From assembly GCA_020346465.1 (NCBI GenBank), contig CP070783.1:1666614-1730613 (forward strand): DNA of 64,000 nt. Reading direction: 5' to 3'. This DNA comes from Deltaproteobacteria bacterium. GTDB lineage: Bacteria > Desulfobacterota > Deferrimicrobia > Deferrimicrobiales > Deferrimicrobiaceae. The position numbers were made by a program, and so were the translations under genes. How positions within the stretch are numbered: the stretch's first letter is position 1; every line of letters begins with the position of its first letter. Below the pieces are notes generated by a model that was not told the DNA's origin, ran no database searches, and saw only the letters and a list, made by a program, of their open reading frames with translations. Below, piece by piece: positions 19,987 through 28,739 of this stretch.

Positions 19987-22191
19987 TCAGAAAGCTTTCA
20001 CCAGGAATATGATCAGCACCCCGCCCGCCAGCACGAACACGTAGTGGTAGAGCTTCCCGGTCTGGAACCGGCGGAAGAAGGAGCCGCTGCCGATCGTGAC
20101 GTCGGCCACGCCGTTCACCGCGCCATCGACCACGTGGTTGTCAAATTTTCCGATGAGGAACGAGGCCCAGACGCCCAGCTGCGCGCAGAGGTTGACCAGC
20201 CCGTCGACCACGTACAGGTCGAACCAGCCCAGCGCGCGGGAGAGGGCCTTCGTCCCGTTGACGGCCGTCGCCTCGTACAGTTCGTCGAAGTACCACTTGT
20301 TGAGCAGGAAGGTGTGGACGGGACGGACCGCGGTCGCCACCTTCTCGGGATCGATCCACCGGAACCGGAAGACGACGAACGCCAGCCCGATGCCGAGCGT
20401 GCCGAACAGGACGGAAAGGTACATCGACCAGACGTGGGCCAGGTGATCCAGGTGCGCCTCGTGGGACGCTCCGTGCCCACCGGCCTCCGCTCCGGGCGCG
20501 GCCTCGTGCGGAACGGCCGGGGGATGCTTCTCCCCCTGCGGCGCCGGTACGGCATGTCCCGGCGTCCCGGGCCTTTCGGATGCGGCGGCCGCGTGGGCGG
20601 CCGGCTCGTGGCCCGCCCCCTTCGGCTCCGCGCTCTCCGCGGCGAAGGCGGCCCCGGCCGACGGGACGTGCAGGACGGAGTCGGCCGAGCCGGCGGAAGC
20701 CGGAACGGCATGGACGGCGGGAATCGCCGACGCGGGCGTCTTCACGAGGTCGCCGAACCAGCCGCTGTACCAGAAGGAGAAGGAGAGCCCCGCCAGGACC
20801 ACGAGAGGAACCCACATGTTGGGGGGCGACTCGTGGGCGTGGTCGAACTTGTGGCGGTCCTTCGGCTCCCCGAGGAACGTTCGGATCACCAGCCGGAACA
20901 TGTAGTAGGCCGTCATCCCCGCGGTCAGGAGGGCCCCCGCGAACAGGATCATGTGCTGCGGGTTCTTCATCCCGAACAGGAGGGCCGACTTGAGGATCAT
21001 GTCCTTGCTGTAGAACCCCGAGAAGAGGGGGACCCCCGCGATCGAGAGCGTGGCGATGAGGAAGGTGATGAAGGTGATCGGCATCTTCTTCCGCAGCGCC
21101 CCCATCTCGGTGATCTCCTGGCTGTGGACGGCGTGGATCACCGACCCGGAGCCGAGGAAGAGGCAGGCCTTGAAGGCGGCGTGGGTGGTCAGGTGCGCGA
21201 GACCTGCGGTGAAGCCCCCCACCCCGAGCCCCAGGATCATGTATCCGAGCTGGGAGCACGTGGAGTAGGCGAGGACCTTCTTGATGTCGGTGGCCGTGAG
21301 CGCGATCGTGGCCGTGATGAACAGGGTGAGCAGCCCGGTGTAGGCGATGAAGAGGAAGGCGTCCGGCGTGAAGATCGGGTAGACGCGCCCCACGAGGTAG
21401 ACGCCCGCGGCGACCATCGTCGCCGCATGGATCAGCGCCGAGACGGGGGTGGGGCCCTCCATCGCGTCGGGGAGCCAGACGTGGAGCGGGAATTGCGCGG
21501 ACTTGCCGATGGCGCCGCAGAAGATCCCGATCCCGGCCAGCGTCAGGAGGGTCCCTTCGATCTTTCCCTCCGCGATGCCCCGGAAGACCTCGTCGTACCC
21601 GAGCACCCCGGTCGTGGCGAACAGGAGCAGGAACCCGATCAGGAACCCGAAGTCGCCGATCCGGTTCACGATGAACGCCTTCTTCCCGGCGTCGGCGGCC
21701 GACTTCTTCTCGAACCAGAACCCGATGAGCGCGTAGGAGGAGAACCCGACCAGCTCCCAGAAGATGTAGATGAAGAAGAAACTCTCGGCCAGGACGAGCC
21801 CGAGCATGGAGAAGGAGAAGACGGAGAGGTAGGCGAAGAACCGGCTGTACTTCGGGTCGCCGTGCATGTACCCGACCGAGAACAGGTGGACGAGGAAGGA
21901 GACTCCGGTCACCACGACGAGCATCACGGCCGTCAGATTGTCCACGAGGATCCCCGCATTGATGACGAACCGGCCTTCCAGGGAGAGCCACGGGACCACG
22001 ACGTGGTACCGGAAGTTCGGGTCGTAGATCCGGAAGACCTCGAAAAAGATCACGATCGACATCACGAGCCCCGCGCCGATCGTGGCGAGGGATACCCAGT
22101 CCCCCTTCCGGGGGAGCCGCTTCCCGACCGCGAGGTTGACGAAGAAGGAGAGCAGCGGCAGGAACGGGATGATGTAGGCGTATCGGATCAA
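19987..22191 (-). CDS. nuoL: Complex I subunit L (11-subunit cassette), with extended lateral helix and ~100-aa low-complexity loop
   Basis: [32 protein letters not shown]; NKWY..QTG = 82 aa with FDxxVVDGxVN twice, 26 aa apart. Confidence 0.94.
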   Translation of the reverse strand: MIRYAYIIPFLPLLSFFVNLAVGKRLPRKGDWVSLATIGAGLVMSIVIFFEVFRIYDPNFRYHVVVPWLSLEGRFVINAGILVDNLTAVMLVVVTGVSFLVHLFSVGYMHGDPKYSRFFAYLSVFSFSMLGLVLAESFFFIYIFWELVGFSSYALIGFWFEKKSAADAGKKAFIVNRIGDFGFLIGFLLLFATTGVLGYDEVFRGIAEGKIEGTLLTLAGIGIFCGAIGKSAQFPLHVWLPDAMEGPTPVSALIHAATMVAAGVYLVGRVYPIFTPDAFLFIAYTGLLTLFITATIALTATDIKKVLAYSTCSQLGYMILGLGVGGFTAGLAHLTTHAAFKACLFLGSGSVIHAVHSQEITEMGALRKKMPITFITFLIATLSIAGVPLFSGFYSKDMILKSALLFGMKNPQHMILFAGALLTAGMTAYYMFRLVIRTFLGEPKDRHKFDHAHESPPNMWVPLVVLAGLSFSFWYSGWFGDLVKTPASAIPAVHAVPASAGSADSVLHVPSAGAAFAAESAEPKGAGHEPAAHAAAASERPGTPGHAVPAPQGEKHPPAVPHEAAPGAEAGGHGASHEAHLDHLAHVWSMYLSVLFGTLGIGLAFVVFRFRWIDPEKVATAVRPVHTFLLNKWYFDELYEATAVNGTKALSRALGWFDLYVVDGLVNLCAQLGVWASFLIGKFDNHVVDGAVNGVADVTIGSGSFFRRFQTGKLYHYVFVLAGGVLIIFLVKAF

Positions 22192-22220
22192 CGGTTCACC
22201 CTTTCTGTTCGCCTAGGACG

Positions 22221-22523
22221 TCAGCCCCTGAGCTGGTCGGCCGCGTCCACCTCCACGGTGCCCGTCGTGGAGAAGAGCCGCAGGAAGATGGCCAGCGCAA
22301 CGGCCGCTTCGGCGGCCGCGAGCACGATGACGAACACGGCGAAGATCTGCCCCCCGATGAGATGGGAGACGTAGTGCGAAAACGCCACGAAGTTGATGTT
22401 GGCGGCGTTCAGGACCAGCTCCACCCCCATGAGGACGGCCACCGCGTTGCGCCGCGTCAGGATCGTGTACAGGCCGCAGCAGAACAGGGCGGCGGCGATG
22501 ACGAGAAGCTTGTCCAGAGCCAT
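22221..22523 (-). CDS. nuoK: Complex I subunit K (11-subunit cassette)
   Basis: LMGVELVLNAANIN, LAAAEAAVALAI. Confidence 0.93.
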   Translation of the reverse strand: MALDKLLVIAAALFCCGLYTILTRRNAVAVLMGVELVLNAANINFVAFSHYVSHLIGGQIFAVFVIVLAAAEAAVALAIFLRLFSTTGTVEVDAADQLRG

Positions 22524-23057
22524 CTACTTCGGTTCCTCCATGTCGGGTCTGGCGACGTCGGGCCGGTCCGGCCGCGAAAGGAGCGCCGCCCCGATGAGCG
22601 CGGCGAGCAGCAGCACGGAGGCGACTTCGAACGGGAGCAGGTACCGGGTCATCAGCAGTTCGCCGATCTCGGCCGTGGTCGGCTGGTAGGTGACCCGGGC
22701 CTTCAGGGCGAAGGCCGGGGACACCGCCGTGTACGCAAGCGTGCCGAACAGGACGAGGCAGATCCCCGCCGCGGGAAGTCGGAAGTGGACCGGGTTCGAC
22801 AGCTTGACGGAGGAGATCCGGTTCGACAGGAAGACCGCGAACATGATCAGCACGAGGATCCCGCCGACGTACACGAGCAGCTGCGTGGCAGCCAGGAAGT
22901 CCGCGGAAAGGAGCACGTACAACCCCGCGACGCCTCCGAAGGTGAACAGCAGCGCCACCGCGGAGTAGATGATGTTCCGCAGGGTCGCCACGAGGATCGC
23001 CGACCCCACCGTCATGGCCGCAAGCACGTAGAAGATCAGGTCCGCCGGTCCCTTCAT
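22524..23057 (-). CDS. nuoJ: Complex I subunit J (11-subunit cassette)
   Basis: QLLVYVGGILVLIMFAVFL, LPFEVASVLLLAALIGA. Confidence 0.92.
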   Translation of the reverse strand: MKGPADLIFYVLAAMTVGSAILVATLRNIIYSAVALLFTFGGVAGLYVLLSADFLAATQLLVYVGGILVLIMFAVFLSNRISSVKLSNPVHFRLPAAGICLVLFGTLAYTAVSPAFALKARVTYQPTTAEIGELLMTRYLLPFEVASVLLLAALIGAALLSRPDRPDVARPDMEEPK

Positions 23058-23788
23058 TCCTTCCCCTCCCCGCCCTCATCCCCGGCCTTCGCGGGCTCCT
23101 CTTCCGTCTCCTTCGCGGGCTTCTTCCCCGCCGCGTCGGCCGTTTCGGGATTCCCCGCCGCAAACGCCGGCGCGGCGGGCTGGATGAACGGCGCGGCCTC
23201 CTCTCTCGGGGGCTTCGGCGGGGGGGAAGGATCGGGGGCCTGCGGCGCGTCGGCTGGCTTCGCCGCCTTTTCCGCCTCGCCCTTCTCCGCCTCCGCTTTT
23301 GCCTTCTCCGCTTCCGCCTTCGCCGCGGCTTCCGCCACCTGCTTCGCCACGCGGCCCTTGACCGTCTCCGCATCCTCGGGGACGAAGTGGAGGATCAGTT
23401 CCCCGCGGCTGACCGTCGCCATCTCGTAGCCGCTGGTGTGGACGAGAGACTTCGGGGGGCAGACCTCGACGCAGAGCCCGCAGTACATGCAGCGCCCGAT
23501 GTTGATGTCGTAGGAGGCCAGCACCATCTTCTTGTCGGCGCCCCGGACGGCCTCGAGGGAGATGCAGTCGACCGGGCAGACCCTCACGCACATCGTGCAG
23601 CTCGTGCACCTCTTGATGTCGTTGTGCAGGAACCCCCGATACCGCTCCGACGGCTCCCAGCGCTCCTCCGGGTACTGGAGGGTGATCGTCTCCCTCGGGT
23701 CCACCCCGTACCGCGCGGTGATCCGCATCCCCTTCGCGGTGGTCGCCACCGCTTCCCAGATGTCGTATAGGTACGCTTTGAAGCCCAT
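23054..23788 (-). CDS. nuoI: Complex I subunit I (11-subunit cassette) with ~100-aa Ala/Pro/Glu/Lys tail
   Basis: TLQYPEE, CTSCTMCVRVCP, CMYCGLCVEVCP. Confidence 0.92.
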   Translation of the reverse strand: MGFKAYLYDIWEAVATTAKGMRITARYGVDPRETITLQYPEERWEPSERYRGFLHNDIKRCTSCTMCVRVCPVDCISLEAVRGADKKMVLASYDINIGRCMYCGLCVEVCPPKSLVHTSGYEMATVSRGELILHFVPEDAETVKGRVAKQVAEAAAKAEAEKAKAEAEKGEAEKAAKPADAPQAPDPSPPPKPPREEAAPFIQPAAPAFAAGNPETADAAGKKPAKETEEEPAKAGDEGGEGKE

Positions 23789-23792
23789 CCCG

Positions 23793-24911
23793 TTATCCGA
23801 AAAGCGACGCGATCATCTGGGGGATCCCCCTCCCCTGGAAGAGCAGCAGCCAGAGGGAGACGCCCAGGAGGTTGAAGAACGTGAGCGGAACCAGATACTT
23901 CCACGACATGCGCATGAGCTGGTCCACGCGCAGCCGCGGAAGGGTCCACCGGACCCACATCATGACGACGACGAGGCCCAGCGCCTTGCCGAGGAAGACG
24001 CCCAGCGAGAAGAGGTTGCCCCAGACGGCGGGGAGGGCCTCCGCGTTGAGGAAGGGGACGTGCCACCCTCCCAGGAAGCAGGCGGTCGCCAGGGCGGAGA
24101 CGACGAACATGTCCCCGTACTCGGCGAGGAAGAAGAAGGCGAACCGGATCCCGGAGTATTCGACGTGGTACCCGGCGACCAGCTCCGACTCGGCCTCCGG
24201 GATGTCGAAGGGGGTCCGGTTGGTCTCGGCCAGCGCGGCGACGTAATACAGGAAGAAGGAGAAGAAGGTGAACGGGTTGTGGAAGAGGTTCCACCCGAAG
24301 ATCCCGAACAGCCCCCCCTGGGACCGCACGATGTCCTGCAGGGAGAGGGAGCCGGCGATGAGGACCGCGGGGAGCAGCGCCATCCCCACGGGGATCTCGT
24401 ACGAGACGATCTGGGCCGCCGCGCGCATCCCCCCCAGGAGGGCCCACTTGTTGTTGGAGGCCCATCCCGCGACCAGCACGCCCACCACTACGAGCGAGGT
24501 GATTGCCATCACGTAGTAGATGCCGATGTTGAGGTCCGAGGCGATCAGCCCCACCCCGAAGGGGACGACCACGAAGGCCGCGAAGGAGCCGATGAAGACG
24601 AGGTACGGCGCCAGGACGAAGAGGAAGCGGTCCGCCTTGGCCGGGATGATGTCCTCCTTGAGGAGGAGCTTGATCCCGTCGGCCAGGAACTGGAGGATCC
24701 CCACGGGACCGACCCGGTTCGGACCGATGCGCGCCTGGATGTCGCCGGCCACCTTCCGCTCCACGTAGGTCGCCAGGCCCGCGTACGTCAGCGCGAAGGT
24801 GAGGACGACCGCGGCGACCACGACCATGATCAGGAGGGTGATCGTCCACAGGGGGACTCCCGAGAGCACCGGCACGGCGTCGACGAGGGATATCGCGAGG
24901 GATTCCAGCAT
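23793..24911 (-). CDS. nuoH: Complex I subunit H (11-subunit cassette)
   Basis: ERKVAGDIQARIGPNRVG, RAAAQIVSYE, ETNRTPFDIPEAESELVAGYHVEY. Confidence 0.93.
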   Translation of the reverse strand: MLESLAISLVDAVPVLSGVPLWTITLLIMVVVAAVVLTFALTYAGLATYVERKVAGDIQARIGPNRVGPVGILQFLADGIKLLLKEDIIPAKADRFLFVLAPYLVFIGSFAAFVVVPFGVGLIASDLNIGIYYVMAITSLVVVGVLVAGWASNNKWALLGGMRAAAQIVSYEIPVGMALLPAVLIAGSLSLQDIVRSQGGLFGIFGWNLFHNPFTFFSFFLYYVAALAETNRTPFDIPEAESELVAGYHVEYSGIRFAFFFLAEYGDMFVVSALATACFLGGWHVPFLNAEALPAVWGNLFSLGVFLGKALGLVVVMMWVRWTLPRLRVDQLMRMSWKYLVPLTFFNLLGVSLWLLLFQGRGIPQMIASLFG

Positions 24912-24913
24912 GG

Positions 24914-26044
24914 CTACCGGTCGATCTCCGGGAGGATGATGTCGAAGCTGCCGATGACCGCCACGATGTCGGCGATCATCAGCCCCCTGGTGATCTTCTC
25001 GAAGATGTTCATCGTCACGAAGGAGGGGGCGCGGATCTTGAGCCGGTACGGGTTCACGGTCCCGTCGCTGATCAGGTAGATCCCCGTCTCCCCCCGCGGG
25101 TTCTCGGCGCGGAAGTAGACCTCCCCCACGGGCGGCTTGAACACCCGGGGGACCTTGGCCATCACGGGCCCGTCGGGAATCTGGGCGATCGCCTGGCGCA
25201 GGATCTTCACGCTTTCCCGCATCTCGTTGATCCGCACCATGTACCGGTCGAAGCAGTCCCCCACCGTCCCCCGCTCCCCCGTCCCGACGCAGATGTCGAA
25301 GTCGATCTTCGGGTAGACCGAGTACGGCTCGTTCCTGCGGAGATCGAACCGGACTCCGGACCCCCGCAGGTTCGGCCCCGTGAGCCCGTAGGCGACGGCA
25401 TCCTCGGGCGTTGCCACCGCGACGTTGGCCAGCCGGTGGACGAAGATCTTGTTGTAGGAGATCAGGTCGTTGTACTCGGGGATCTTCGGATCGAAGTAGT
25501 CGAGGAACTCCTTCGTCTTCTCGAGGAACCGGTCCGGCAGGTCGGCCGAGACGCCGCCGATGCGGACGTAGTTGTACGTCAGCCGGTTCCCGCAGATCTC
25601 CTCGAACAGGTCGTTGATCCGCTCCCGCTCGCGGATGGCGTAGAGAAACGGCGTGAAGGCCCCCATGTCGGCGGTGAACGACCCGAAGGCGATCAGGTGG
25701 GAGGAGATCCGGTTCAGCTCGCACACGATCACCCGGATGTATTCCGCCCGCTCGGGAACCTCGATGCCGGCCAGCTTCTCCACGGCCCAGGCCCACGCCG
25801 CGTTGCAGTTCATCGAGGCGAGGTAGTCGAGCCGGTCGGTGAACGGCATGAACTGCGCGTAGGTGACCCGCTCCCCGATCTTTTCCAGCGCCCGGTGCAG
25901 GTACCCCACGTCGGGCCTGGCGTTGACCACGACCTCGCCGTCGGTCCGCAGGATCACCCGGAGCACCCCGTGGGTGCTCGGGTGCTGGGGACCCATGTTG
26001 ATGAGCATCTCCTGGGTGGGGAGCGCTTCCGCGCGGGCTTTCAT
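24914..26044 (-). CDS. nuoD: Complex I subunit D (11-subunit cassette)
   Basis: NMGPQHPSTHGVLR, GYLHRALEK, DRLDY, PEIDR. Confidence 0.94.
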   Translation of the reverse strand: MKARAEALPTQEMLINMGPQHPSTHGVLRVILRTDGEVVVNARPDVGYLHRALEKIGERVTYAQFMPFTDRLDYLASMNCNAAWAWAVEKLAGIEVPERAEYIRVIVCELNRISSHLIAFGSFTADMGAFTPFLYAIRERERINDLFEEICGNRLTYNYVRIGGVSADLPDRFLEKTKEFLDYFDPKIPEYNDLISYNKIFVHRLANVAVATPEDAVAYGLTGPNLRGSGVRFDLRRNEPYSVYPKIDFDICVGTGERGTVGDCFDRYMVRINEMRESVKILRQAIAQIPDGPVMAKVPRVFKPPVGEVYFRAENPRGETGIYLISDGTVNPYRLKIRAPSFVTMNIFEKITRGLMIADIVAVIGSFDIILPEIDR

Positions 26045-26511
26045 ACCTTGATCCCGTGGTAGAACTCGGGGTATTTGTAGTCCTTGCGCAGGGGGTGCCC
26101 CTCCCAGTCCTCCGGGAGAAGGATGCGGCGCAGATCCCAGGACCCCTCGAAGACGATCCCGAACAGGTCGAACGCCTCCCTCTCGTGGAAGTTCGCCGTG
26201 GGCCACACGCCGTCGACGCTGGGAAGGGACGGCGACTCTCTGGGCAGGTATGCCTTGACCCCGATCCGGTGCCCGATCGCAAGGGAGTGGAGGTGGTAGA
26301 CGACGGCGAACCGGTCCGGGTAGTCGACGCCGGACAGGCACATCAGCGAGTCGAACTTCATCGCGGGGTCGTCGCGAAGGAACCGTCCGATCTCACGGAC
26401 CTTCTCCGGGGAGACGACGAGGAACGCCGGGCGGAAGCCCTCCTCCTGGAGCTCCGACACCGCCTCGCCGAACGTTGCCCTGACCGCCTCGAAGATCGCT
26501 TTCGGTTCCAA
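26041..26511 (-). CDS. nuoC: Complex I subunit C (11-subunit cassette)
   Basis: ANFHEREAFDLFGIVFEG..LRRILLPEDWEGHPLRKDY. Confidence 0.93.
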   Translation of the reverse strand: MEPKAIFEAVRATFGEAVSELQEEGFRPAFLVVSPEKVREIGRFLRDDPAMKFDSLMCLSGVDYPDRFAVVYHLHSLAIGHRIGVKAYLPRESPSLPSVDGVWPTANFHEREAFDLFGIVFEGSWDLRRILLPEDWEGHPLRKDYKYPEFYHGIKV

Positions 26512-26520
26512 AAGGTTTCC

Positions 26521-27054
26521 TTACGCCTTCGCCGCCGCCGCGAAATTTCTCTTCTGGTCGATGATCTTCTGGAGCTTGATGATCCCGTCGATGAGCGCCT
26601 CGGGCCGGGGGGGGCACCCGGGGACGTAGACGTCTACCGGGACGAGCAGGTCCACCCCTTTGACCACGCAGTACGAATCCTTGTAGAAGGGCCCGCCCGT
26701 GTTGGCGCATGAGCCCATGGAAATCACGTACTTGGGCTCGGGCATCTGCTCGTACAGGCGGATCAGCCGCTCCGCCATCTTGTGCGTGACAGTCCCCGCG
26801 ACGATCATCAGGTCCGACTGCCGGGGGGTCGCCCGGAAGACGGCGCCGAACCGGTCGAGGTCGTACCGCGAGGCACCGGTCTGCATCAGCTCGATGCCGC
26901 AGCAGGCCGTCGCGAACAGAAGGTACCAGAGCGAGGACCTCCGGCACCAGTTGATGAACTTGTCGGCATTGCCCACCATGACATGCGCTTCGGGGCCGAG
27001 AGCCCCCGGGCCCGCAGCGGGTCCCGGGCCGCCCTGTGCAGGATCCTGGCTCAT
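26521..27054 (-). CDS. nuoB: Complex I subunit B (11-subunit cassette)
   Basis: [34 protein letters not shown]. Confidence 0.93.
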   Translation of the reverse strand: MSQDPAQGGPGPAAGPGALGPEAHVMVGNADKFINWCRRSSLWYLLFATACCGIELMQTGASRYDLDRFGAVFRATPRQSDLMIVAGTVTHKMAERLIRLYEQMPEPKYVISMGSCANTGGPFYKDSYCVVKGVDLLVPVDVYVPGCPPRPEALIDGIIKLQKIIDQKRNFAAAAKA

Positions 27055-27446
27055 TTCCCTTCCTTCGCGGCAGGAGGTTCCTGGAGGGTGCGCACCCAGT
27101 CGAGGTCCCCCTCCTTCCAAAGGTAGGCCAGGCCCGCGAGCAGGATGACGATGAAGATGAACGCCTCCACGAACGCCAGGAGGCCCAGCCGCTTGAAGAC
27201 GACCGCCCACGGGTAGAGGAGCGCCACCTCCACGTCGAAGATGATGAAGATCAGGGCCACCACGTAGAAGCGGATGTTGAACTGCACCCAAGAGGAGCCG
27301 AACGGGACCTCCCCGCACTCGTACGTGGACAGCTTGACCGGCGTGGGGTTCCGGGGCTGGATCAGCCGGGAGATCCCCAGCATGAGGGCCACGGTCACCG
27401 CTCCCAGCAGGATGAACACCAGAACCGTTGCGTAATCAGCGAGCAT
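27051..27446 (-). CDS. nuoA: Complex I subunit A (11-subunit cassette)
   Basis: [39 protein letters not shown]; start 27446 or 27455. Confidence 0.93.
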   Translation of the reverse strand: MLADYATVLVFILLGAVTVALMLGISRLIQPRNPTPVKLSTYECGEVPFGSSWVQFNIRFYVVALIFIIFDVEVALLYPWAVVFKRLGLLAFVEAFIFIVILLAGLAYLWKEGDLDWVRTLQEPPAAKEGK

Positions 27447-27558
27447 CCCTGGCACACCGCCGGAAATATTCTATTCAAAGCAGAACCCCTCCGCATGACG
27501 AGAAGGGGCGGGCAGATCGCCTCGTTGCGTGGATACAGTATATCTATAACGTCCATTA

Positions 27559-27586
27559 ACATTACTCGACCGCTCGACCAAGTCAA
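27559..27586 (-). promoter_or_regulatory. Candidate sigma70 promoter for the nuo super-operon
   Basis: TTGACT-N16-TAATGT in an AT-rich patch ~110 nt upstream of nuoA. Confidence 0.5.
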
Positions 27587-27675
27587 CCGAAAAAATCACA
27601 CCCCACGCGGAAAATCATCGGAATCGGTTGCTTGCGGCAGGGCGATCGATCCCCCTCACGGGTATAATGGAAGGG

Positions 27676-28524
27676 ATGGGAACCGGCCACCGGATACACG
27701 CGCCCGACCTTCTCGTCCCTGCGGGCAGCCTCGCCGCGGTGGGCTCGGCCCTGTCCGCGGGGGCCGATGCCGTCTACGTCGGCTGCCGGGGGTGGAGCCG
27801 TGACGGGGAGCGCCAGGCGCTTTCGCCCGGGCAGATCCGGCTGGCTGCCGCGATGTGCCGGGAGAAAGGGGCAGCGCTGCACGCGGCGCTCAATACCGTA
27901 CCGGCCGCCGGGGAGGTCTCCTCTTTCCTTGCCACGGTCGCGCAGCTTGCGGAAGACGGCGTCCTGGCGGTGATCCTGTCCGACCCCGGGGCGATCTCCC
28001 TCGTGCGACGGGAACTGCCCTCCTTGCGGATCACGGCGTCCGTGGGGCTCTCCACGCTCAATCCCCCCGAGGCGAGGTTCTACCGGGACCTGGGGGCGGA
28101 CACGGTCGTTCTGCCGACCGCCATTGCCCCCGGGGAGATCCCCCCGATCAAGGCGGAAAGCGGCCTCCGTGTGGAGGTTTTCGTCCACTGCCGGCCGGAA
28201 ATCCTCCTCCATGGGAAGTGCGCGCTGCCCGGGTACGCCCGGGAGGGGAAGGCAGTGGCCGGGCGCCCTCACGCGGAGGGAGCGGGAACGCTGTCCTCCG
28301 CGAAGCGGACCGGCCGGTGCCATCTCGTGTGCCGGGCGATCCCCCTCTCCCGGGACCTCCACTCCATCGAGGGGGAGCTCGCCTCGTGGGTCGCCGCCGG
28401 CGTGGATGCCTTCAAGCTGCAGGGCAGGGATCTTTCGCCCCCCCGCCTGTTCGAGCTGGCCTCCCGGGTCCGCGGAAAGCTCGACGCGGCCGTCGCCGCG
28501 ATCGCAAGAACAAATCCCGCCTGA
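27676..28524 (+). CDS. Peptidase U32-family protein (Fe-S hydroxylase-type family)
   Basis: LLVPAGSL..AGADAVYVG, ITASVGLSTLN, EVFVHC..GKC, GRC..CR, GVDAFKLQGR. Confidence 0.85.
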   Translation: MGTGHRIHAPDLLVPAGSLAAVGSALSAGADAVYVGCRGWSRDGERQALSPGQIRLAAAMCREKGAALHAALNTVPAAGEVSSFLATVAQLAEDGVLAVILSDPGAISLVRRELPSLRITASVGLSTLNPPEARFYRDLGADTVVLPTAIAPGEIPPIKAESGLRVEVFVHCRPEILLHGKCALPGYAREGKAVAGRPHAEGAGTLSSAKRTGRCHLVCRAIPLSRDLHSIEGELASWVAAGVDAFKLQGRDLSPPRLFELASRVRGKLDAAVAAIARTNPA

Positions 28525-28553
28525 CAGGGTCGCCGCCTGTACCGGAGGACCTA

Positions 28554-28666
28554 GGCTCGCGGAGGATTCCCCTCGGCTACGCTCGCGACCTTCGCCCGCT
28601 CGCTGCCGGTTCCGCTCGCCGGATCCGAAATCTCGCTCCACAGGCCGCCTCGCGGAACCCCCCGCA
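28554..28666. repeat. Dispersed ~100-nt intergenic repeat, copy 3 (inverted)
   Basis: Reverse complement of the core in copies 1 and 2, same 33-nt block offset. Confidence 0.9.
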
Positions 28667-28739
28667 TCGCCTCGGTCCCCGGTCGCCGCAGGCCTATGGA
28701 CGGGGCGCACATCCCGGCGTATGCCGCAGGGGATCCCCC

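Noticed and set aside
18643-22374. Very long plus-strand ORFs antisense to nuo, uvrA, mfd and gyrA (e.g. 1243, 958, 1032, 795 aa)
   Set aside because: Shadow ORFs caused by GC3 bias; Arg/Gly/Pro-rich with no motifs
2986-28666. Repeat as a CRISPR array or IS
   Set aside because: Copies are kilobases apart; no cas, transposase, terminal inverted repeats or target duplications
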